Source: Candidatus Latescibacterota bacterium (GTDB lineage: Bacteria; Latescibacterota; UBA2968; UBA8231). Taken from it: a DNA stretch of 64,000 nucleotides. Positions 58,158 to 64,000 of the stretch are shown one piece after another. How positions within the stretch are numbered: position 1 is the first letter of the stretch; each line of letters starts with the position of its first letter. The stretch is taken from the NCBI GenBank assembly GCA_965203355.1, contig OZ241889.1:3648001-3712000 (forward strand), in the 5' to 3' direction. Under the pieces are notes generated by a model. It saw only the letters and a list, made by a program, of their open reading frames with translations. It searched no databases and had not been told where the DNA came from. A program made the position numbers and the translations under genes.

Positions 58158-58272
58158 TAGTGGTACGTTTTGAAATTTAGCTTTACTACCATTAATACGG
58201 ATCGCCCCGGCTCCGCCTGAACCCCGACTTCAACCGGACCGCGACAATTGGAGATTGCAAAATGTGCCACTA
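58158..58272. mobile_element. MITE-like element with 17-bp imperfect terminal IRs flanked by TA
   Basis: TA-GTGGTACGTTTTGAAAT ... ATTGCAAAATGTGCCAC-TA. Confidence 0.65.
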
Positions 58273-58347
58273 CCCAGGAGGCGGGCTTTTTGTCGCGGAT
58301 AGTTTGGCCTATGTTTTGTTTTTCTCATCTTACCAGAGGAACACACC

Positions 58348-59343
58348 ATGAATCCACGCGAAAAAGTCACCCTCGGCAGCAGCGGCCTGCGCGTCACCCG
58401 TCTCGGCTTGGGCTGTGCCTCCATCGGCGGTCTATACGGCGACATATCAGACGACCAAGCCGTCGCCGTTGTACACCGCGCCCTGTCGTTAGGACTAAAC
58501 CTCTTAGACACTGCGCCGCTGTACGGAGCGGGCAAAAGCGAACTCCGGCTCGGCAAAGCCCTCGCGGGCGTACCGCGCGACAGCTATGTGCTCGCGTCCA
58601 AAGTTGGGCGCGTCTTGGTCCCAACCGAACAAAATCAACAGACGGGCATTTTCGCCGGCCCGGCCGCGTATCAACCGATATTCGACTTCAGCTACGACGG
58701 CGTCATGCGCTCGTTTGACGACAGCCTCAAACGCCTCGGTGTAGAGCGCATCGACATCCTCCACATTCACGATCCAGACAACCACTGGCAAGAAGCCATC
58801 GACAGCGCGTATCCCGCGCTCGACAAGCTGCGAAACGAAGGCGTCATCCGCGCCGTCAGTGCGGGCATGAACCAGTGGGAAATGCTGGCCCGCTTTGCCC
58901 GCGAAGGCGATTTCGACTGCTTTCTCCTGGCCGGACGTTACAGCTTGCTCGACCAAAGCGCACTCGACGAACTCTTGCCACTGTGCGTACAAAAGAACAT
59001 CGGCATCATGGCTGGCGGCACGTACAACAGCGGCATCTTGGCCAAAGGCGCGCACCGAGGCGCGACGTACAACTACCAAGAAGCACCGCCCGAAATCGCG
59101 GCTAAAGCCAAGGCGCTCGAAGCCGTGGCCGCACGCCACCACGTCAACCTCAAAGCCGCCGCCTCGCAATTCGTCTTTGCCCATCCAGCCATCACCTGCA
59201 TCATCCCCGGGACCCGGCAACCCGAGCGCGTACAAGAGAACTTCGACTTGCTCACGCAGGCGATCCCGGACTCGTTTTGGGCCGAACTCCGCGACGAAGG
59301 CCTAGTCCGCGGCAATGCCCCACTGCCGATTGCCAGCGGCTAA
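58348..59343 (+). CDS. Aldo/keto reductase (D-threo-aldose 1-dehydrogenase-like)
   Basis: DTAPLYGAGKSE, SKVGR, FDFSYDG, IHDPD, LAGRYSLL. Confidence 0.9.
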   Translation: MNPREKVTLGSSGLRVTRLGLGCASIGGLYGDISDDQAVAVVHRALSLGLNLLDTAPLYGAGKSELRLGKALAGVPRDSYVLASKVGRVLVPTEQNQQTGIFAGPAAYQPIFDFSYDGVMRSFDDSLKRLGVERIDILHIHDPDNHWQEAIDSAYPALDKLRNEGVIRAVSAGMNQWEMLARFAREGDFDCFLLAGRYSLLDQSALDELLPLCVQKNIGIMAGGTYNSGILAKGAHRGATYNYQEAPPEIAAKAKALEAVAARHHVNLKAAASQFVFAHPAITCIIPGTRQPERVQENFDLLTQAIPDSFWAELRDEGLVRGNAPLPIASG

Positions 59344-59372
59344 GAAGCGTTTTTAAGTTGCAGCGCCGCTTT

Positions 59373-60176
59373 TCAGTACAGCTCATTGACAAAGTGCAAC
59401 TTGCCGTGCGGCGGGCGCTGGTACTCGCCGTGCGGCGGACGCGGCGGCAGCTTGATCTTTTTTGGCATCACGTCCTCGTAGGGCAGTTGGCTGAGGATGT
59501 GCGCGATGCAGTTGAGACGTGCCCGCCGCTTGTCGTCGGCCTCCACTGTGTACCAAGGCGCTTCGGGAATGTCCGTGTAGAAAAACGCCTCGTCTTTGGC
59601 CTTGGAATACTCGACCCACATGTTCCGCGACTTGATGTCCATCTCGCTGAGCTTCCAGTGCTTGAGCGGATTGCGGGCGCGCTCCTGAAAGCGGTTTTCT
59701 TGCTCCTCCGCGCTCACCGACAGCCAGTACTTGAGCAGGATAATCCCCGAGCGCACTAGCATGCGCTCAAACTCCGGGCACGAGTGGAGAAACTCCCAAT
59801 ACTCCTCCTCGGTACAAAAGCCCATCACCCGCTCGACGCCGCTGCGGTTGTACCAACTGCGGTCGAAGACCACAATCTCGCCCGCGGCCGGCAGGTGCGC
59901 CACGTAGCGCTGAAAGTACCACTGGGTGCGCTCGCGGTCCGACGGCGTACCCAAGGCCACCACGCGCGCCCCGCGCGGGTTGAGCGGCGCGGTGATGCGC
60001 TTGATGACACCGCCTTTACCCGCTGTATCGCGTCCCTCAAATACGATCACGACCCGCAGGCCCTGATCCTTAATCCAGTGCTGCAACTTGACCAGTTCGT
60101 AGTGTAGCTTGGTCAATTCGCGCTCGTAGTCTTTCCTCTTCATCTTCTCCGCCTTGGCGGCTTTTTTGGTTTTCAT
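59373..60176 (-). CDS. ppk2: Polyphosphate kinase 2
   Basis: FEGRDTAGKGG, WYFQRY, FDRSWYNR, WKLS. Confidence 0.95.
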   Translation of the reverse strand: MKTKKAAKAEKMKRKDYERELTKLHYELVKLQHWIKDQGLRVVIVFEGRDTAGKGGVIKRITAPLNPRGARVVALGTPSDRERTQWYFQRYVAHLPAAGEIVVFDRSWYNRSGVERVMGFCTEEEYWEFLHSCPEFERMLVRSGIILLKYWLSVSAEEQENRFQERARNPLKHWKLSEMDIKSRNMWVEYSKAKDEAFFYTDIPEAPWYTVEADDKRRARLNCIAHILSQLPYEDVMPKKIKLPPRPPHGEYQRPPHGKLHFVNELY

Positions 60177-60320
60177 CCCCAATCTCCATCGCTTGCAGTT
60201 CGACGTTTAAGAAAACGTACATAAGACAGCAACGCGAGAAAACCTACCTCGCCCCATCTTGCTCGACCCCGACCAGCCGCGTACCTTGTCGCCCACACCG
60301 CTAAACCGACGAGGACCATT

Positions 60321-61853
60321 ATGAGCCAATCACCCCGCCCCAACCTGCTCTACATCCACTCCGATCAACACAGCCCCTACGTCGCGGGCTGCTACGGCGA
60401 CTCCTTGGTCAAAACCCCCCACCTCGATGCCCTCGCCGAGCGCGGCGTGGTATTCGACAACACCTATTGCCCCTCGCCGATTTGCGTCCCCTCGCGGATG
60501 TCCATGCTTTCGGGCCGCTACCCCTGCGACAACCAAGTCTGGACCAATGCCCACATCCTCGACTCGGGCATCCCCACCCTCGCCCACGCCATGGGCGCGG
60601 GCGGCTACCGCCCGGTTCTCATCGGCCGCATGCACTCGGTCGGGCCAGACCAGCTACACGGGTACGCCGAGCGACTCGTCGGCGACCACGGCCCCAACCA
60701 GCCCGGGGGCCAAGGCGTTGATCACGGCCAACTCTCGGGCACGGCCGGGCCGGGCCGCGTCAGCCTGCGCCTGTCCGGCCACGGCCAGAGCACCTACCAA
60801 GTCCACGACGAAGACGTCGCCGCCGCGACCATTGACCGCCTCAACCGCCTCGGCGTCGCCAAGCGCGCAGGCCAAGCCGCAGAGCCGTTTTCGCTTTCGG
60901 TTGGTTTCATGTTGCCGCATCAGCCTTTTGTCGCCCGCTTGCAAGACTATCGCTACTACTACGAAAACATCACCCCACCGCAAACCCCCGAACCCTTCGG
61001 CGACCATCTCCATCCCCACATCAAAGGCTGGCGTCAAGCCTGCGAGATCGAGGAAGTCAGCGCCGAGGAAACCCGCCGCGCCCGCGCCGCCTATTGGGCG
61101 CTAGTCCACCGCATGGACGCGCTAATCGGCCAGATCATAGCCGCGCTGCGGGAAAACGACTTAGAGGAAAACACCCTCATTCTTTACACATCGGACCACG
61201 GCGAGCAAGTCGGCGAGCACGGGCTGTGGTGGAAACAGACCTTTTACGAGGACTCGGTTAAGGTGCCAGCCATACTCGCTTGGCCCGGGCGCTTGCCCGC
61301 AGGTACCCGTTGCGACCGAGTGATTTCTTCACTCGACCTCAACGCCACCCTGCTCGACGCCTTGGGCTGCCCGGCCTTGCCCCACTCGCGGGGCCGCAGC
61401 CTATTGCCCTTGCTTGCCGATCCCCAAAACGCCGCGTGGGACGACGTCGCCTTCTCCGAGTTCTGCCAAGACGAAGCCGGGGCCGGCGGCCCCTTCCCGG
61501 ATGCGGGCATTTTTCAGCGCATGATTCGGCGCGGGCCTTGGAAACTCAACTACTACCACGGGCAGCCCTGCCAGCTTTTCGACCTCCAAGCCGACCCCCG
61601 CGAGCGCTGCGACCTAGCGGCCGACCCGGCGCACCAAGAAACGCTGGCCGCCCTCAAAGCCGAGGTCCTAGACGGATGGGACCCAGCGTGGATCGCCGCA
61701 CGCCTAGCCGCGCTCCGCGCCGACCGATCCATCCTAGCGGAGTGGGGCCGCACCATACAGCCCCCGGACCAGTGGCGCTGGAAGCTCGACCCGGCCATGG
61801 ATTACCTCGACCCCGAACAGCTCGACGACAGCCAGCGCAGTACCAACAAATGA
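60321..61853 (+). CDS. Sulfatase (choline-sulfatase-like)
   Basis: PNLLYIHSDQH, CVPSR formylglycine motif, SDHGE, HGLWWK. Confidence 0.9.
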   Translation: MSQSPRPNLLYIHSDQHSPYVAGCYGDSLVKTPHLDALAERGVVFDNTYCPSPICVPSRMSMLSGRYPCDNQVWTNAHILDSGIPTLAHAMGAGGYRPVLIGRMHSVGPDQLHGYAERLVGDHGPNQPGGQGVDHGQLSGTAGPGRVSLRLSGHGQSTYQVHDEDVAAATIDRLNRLGVAKRAGQAAEPFSLSVGFMLPHQPFVARLQDYRYYYENITPPQTPEPFGDHLHPHIKGWRQACEIEEVSAEETRRARAAYWALVHRMDALIGQIIAALRENDLEENTLILYTSDHGEQVGEHGLWWKQTFYEDSVKVPAILAWPGRLPAGTRCDRVISSLDLNATLLDALGCPALPHSRGRSLLPLLADPQNAAWDDVAFSEFCQDEAGAGGPFPDAGIFQRMIRRGPWKLNYYHGQPCQLFDLQADPRERCDLAADPAHQETLAALKAEVLDGWDPAWIAARLAALRADRSILAEWGRTIQPPDQWRWKLDPAMDYLDPEQLDDSQRSTNK

Positions 61854-61867
61854 CCCAACAAACTCGC

Positions 61868-62668
61868 TCATTCTTCGCCCCTTTCGCGCCTCTTCACCTC
61901 GTCCCATATCGCGTCTAGGGCCACCAGCGAGAGCGCAGCTACTTCCTCTCCCCGCGCCTGCGCGATCTCCTCTAGGGTGCGGAAGCGACGCTCGAACTTG
62001 GCGACTGCGCGTCTGAGGGCTTGCTCGGGATCTACGTTGAGGAATCGGCTGGCGTTGACCAACGAGAAGAGTAGATCGCCAAACTCCTCCTCGACCGCTG
62101 CGGTTTCACCCCTCTCCCAAGCCTGGCGCACTTCGGCGAATTCCTCTTCGACCTTGTCGAGTGCGCCATCAACCTCGTCCCAATCAAATCCCTGCTGGGC
62201 AACGCGCGCTTGGATGCGATGGGCACGCATTAGGGCCGGGAGGTGCTTGGGAATGCCCTCCAGCAACGACGGCGCCGTTTCCCCTTGCTCCCGACGCTCC
62301 TGCTTTTTGATCTGCTCCCAGCGGAGCAAGACCTCGTCGGCCCCGTCCGCCCGGGCATCGCCAAAGACGTGAGGATGGCGACGAACCAGTTTATCGACGA
62401 TGGCTTGACCGACTGCCTCAATGTCGAAGCGGCCCTCCTCGGCCGCGATCTGGGCGTGGAACACCACCTGTAGCAACACATCGCCCAATTCCCGACATAG
62501 CTCGGCGTCGTCTGCTGCGTCCATGGCTTCAAGAGCCTCGTACACCTCCTCTAATAGGTAGGGTTTGAGCGTGGCATGGGTCTGCTGGCGGTCCCAAGGG
62601 CAGCCAGCCGGGCCGCGCAGACGCGCCATGATAGCAACTAATTCTGAGAAGGAGGAATCGTTTTGCAT
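61868..62668 (-). CDS. mazG: Nucleoside triphosphate pyrophosphohydrolase
   Basis: GCPWD..QT, ELGDVLLQVVFH, RRHPHVFG, GFDW, EEFGDLLF. Confidence 0.95.
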   Translation of the reverse strand: MQNDSSFSELVAIMARLRGPAGCPWDRQQTHATLKPYLLEEVYEALEAMDAADDAELCRELGDVLLQVVFHAQIAAEEGRFDIEAVGQAIVDKLVRRHPHVFGDARADGADEVLLRWEQIKKQERREQGETAPSLLEGIPKHLPALMRAHRIQARVAQQGFDWDEVDGALDKVEEEFAEVRQAWERGETAAVEEEFGDLLFSLVNASRFLNVDPEQALRRAVAKFERRFRTLEEIAQARGEEVAALSLVALDAIWDEVKRRERGEE

Positions 62669-63042
62669 CGTCGTCTCTCATGGTTGAACTTACGTGAAAA
62701 GGAACCGCTCACCACCAACTCAAAAACCTGGCAACGCAAACACGCGCAAGCGATTTACGAAAACATATAACCTATTTATTTTATGAGACTTATGTGCCCT
62801 TTATGCCCCATCTGTAATCAAATTGGCACAAACCCTTGACAAGCCATTGCCCCGATTTATATTGAATGCAGGCGGTGATTAGGGCCTTCTGTACAACTCC
62901 CCTGAACACGCTCCCTTTCGCTATGGGAGCAGTCAGTCGGCCCTCTTGATTTGTTTCATTAAATAGCACGGAGTCGCACTTAGGTGCGCTCCGATGAGCT
63001 GATTGAGCCTTTTTGTAGGCTTTAATGGGGCAAGATATGGGT

Positions 63043-63819
63043 ATGGGCAAAATCATCGCTATTGCCAATCAAAAAGGTGGAGTGGGCAAGACAACCACGG
63101 CTGTCAATCTTGCCGCCGGTCTAGCCCTTTTCGGGCACCGAACCCTACTCATCGACTTAGATCCGCAGGCCAATGCCACTAGCAGTTGCGACGCCGAACT
63201 CGGCAGCGACTATGCCTCGACCTACGAGGTTTTGCTAGGCCAGCTCAGCGTCTCCTCGGCGACCTTTCCCACCTATATAAAGGACCTCTTCGTAGTGCCC
63301 GGGCACATTCGCCTCGCAGGTGCCGAAGTAGAGATGGCCGCGATGGTCGGGCGCGATAGACGGCTGGCCGAAGTGCTGGGCCCGATAAAACGACAATACG
63401 AATTTATACTCATTGATTGCCCGCCGTCCTTGGGCTTGCTGACCATCAACGCGCTGAGTGCGGCCGATTCCGTGCTCATTCCGGTGCAGTGTGAATACTA
63501 TGCCTTAGAAGGCGTGAGCAAGCTCAAGGATACCATACGCTTGGTGCGGCGCTATCTCAATCCCAATCTCGAAATCGAGGGCGTTTTACTTACTTTGTAC
63601 GACAACCGCTTGCAGCTTTGTCGCCACGTGGCCCAAGAAGTACGCAACCACTTCGGCGACAAGGTCTATCAGACGGTCATCAGCCGCAACATTAGCTTGG
63701 CCGAGGCCCCGGGTTTTAGCCAGCCCGTCGCGCTCTACAACGCAGAATCGAGAGGCTTCAGCAACTACAGCAGTTTAGTGTCCGAAATCTGTGCCCATAG
63801 GCCCTCGGTCTTGGCCTAA
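63043..63819 (+). CDS. parA: ParA/Soj family ATPase
   Basis: NQKGGVGKTTT, DLDPQANAT, DCPPSLG, PVQCEYYALEG. Confidence 0.93.
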   Translation: MGKIIAIANQKGGVGKTTTAVNLAAGLALFGHRTLLIDLDPQANATSSCDAELGSDYASTYEVLLGQLSVSSATFPTYIKDLFVVPGHIRLAGAEVEMAAMVGRDRRLAEVLGPIKRQYEFILIDCPPSLGLLTINALSAADSVLIPVQCEYYALEGVSKLKDTIRLVRRYLNPNLEIEGVLLTLYDNRLQLCRHVAQEVRNHFGDKVYQTVISRNISLAEAPGFSQPVALYNAESRGFSNYSSLVSEICAHRPSVLA

Positions 63820-63849
63820 TCCCCCATCTACCTCCTACATTGTTTTTTC

Positions 63850-63877
63850 TTGACAATCCCTTGCACTCGCATATTAT
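63850..63877 (+). promoter_or_regulatory. Putative sigma70 promoter for a gene running off the window end (possible GTG at 63921)
   Basis: TTGACA-N16-TATTAT; GGAGG upstream of GTG. Confidence 0.45.
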
Positions 63878-64000
63878 ATTCACTCTTGCATTAAATATCC
63901 AAAAAGAAGGGAGGTTTTCTGTGTATTCTTGTACGTCTGCCAACTCAGACGAGGCTACGCGAGGAGGTGCGTCCTCTGACCATCCCGAATTCATCACCCA

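Noticed and set aside
46539-58272. Short palindromic elements as integron attC sites
   Set aside because: No RYYYAAC..GTTRRRY core sites and no integrase seen.
62680-63040. Possible oriC or ncRNA upstream of parA
   Set aside because: No DnaA-box cluster or recognisable RNA structure; only a TTGACA-N16-TATATT promoter candidate.

Overview
64-kb window of a GC-rich bacterial chromosome. FlgD-Ig/'PNPFNP' C-terminal domains plus ankyrin and plant-type LRR proteins suggest a Latescibacterota/Gemmatimonadota-like, possibly host-associated organism (inference). Core content: a surface-polysaccharide cluster (4.4-11 kb), sixA-PTS IIA-BatA genes, rimO, a long aromatic amino acid operon (trpEG-trpG-trpD-trpC-trpS-CM/tyrA-aroA-like-aroE-argS-aroK-aroB) behind a Trp leader-peptide attenuator, ABC transporter genes, glycosyltransferases/rmlD, AKR, ppk2, sulfatase, mazG and parA. 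Accessory content: (i) a lower-GC three-gene dynamin-like GTPase island whose last gene is fused to ~14 ankyrin repeats and whose middle gene is split by an IS5-family element; (ii) two paralogous giant Ig-repeat surface proteins sharing a conserved structured leader and a G15 element, one followed by three tandem copies of its own 3' end plus hairpin; (iii) two paralogous S8 proteases with a near-identical 3' module; (iv) an LRR lipoprotein; (v) short inverted-repeat elements bracketing the LRR gene and one surface-protein gene. The AroA-like protein has lost essentially all EPSP synthase catalytic motifs although its ORF is intact. All calls come from motif reading by eye; no database searches were run.
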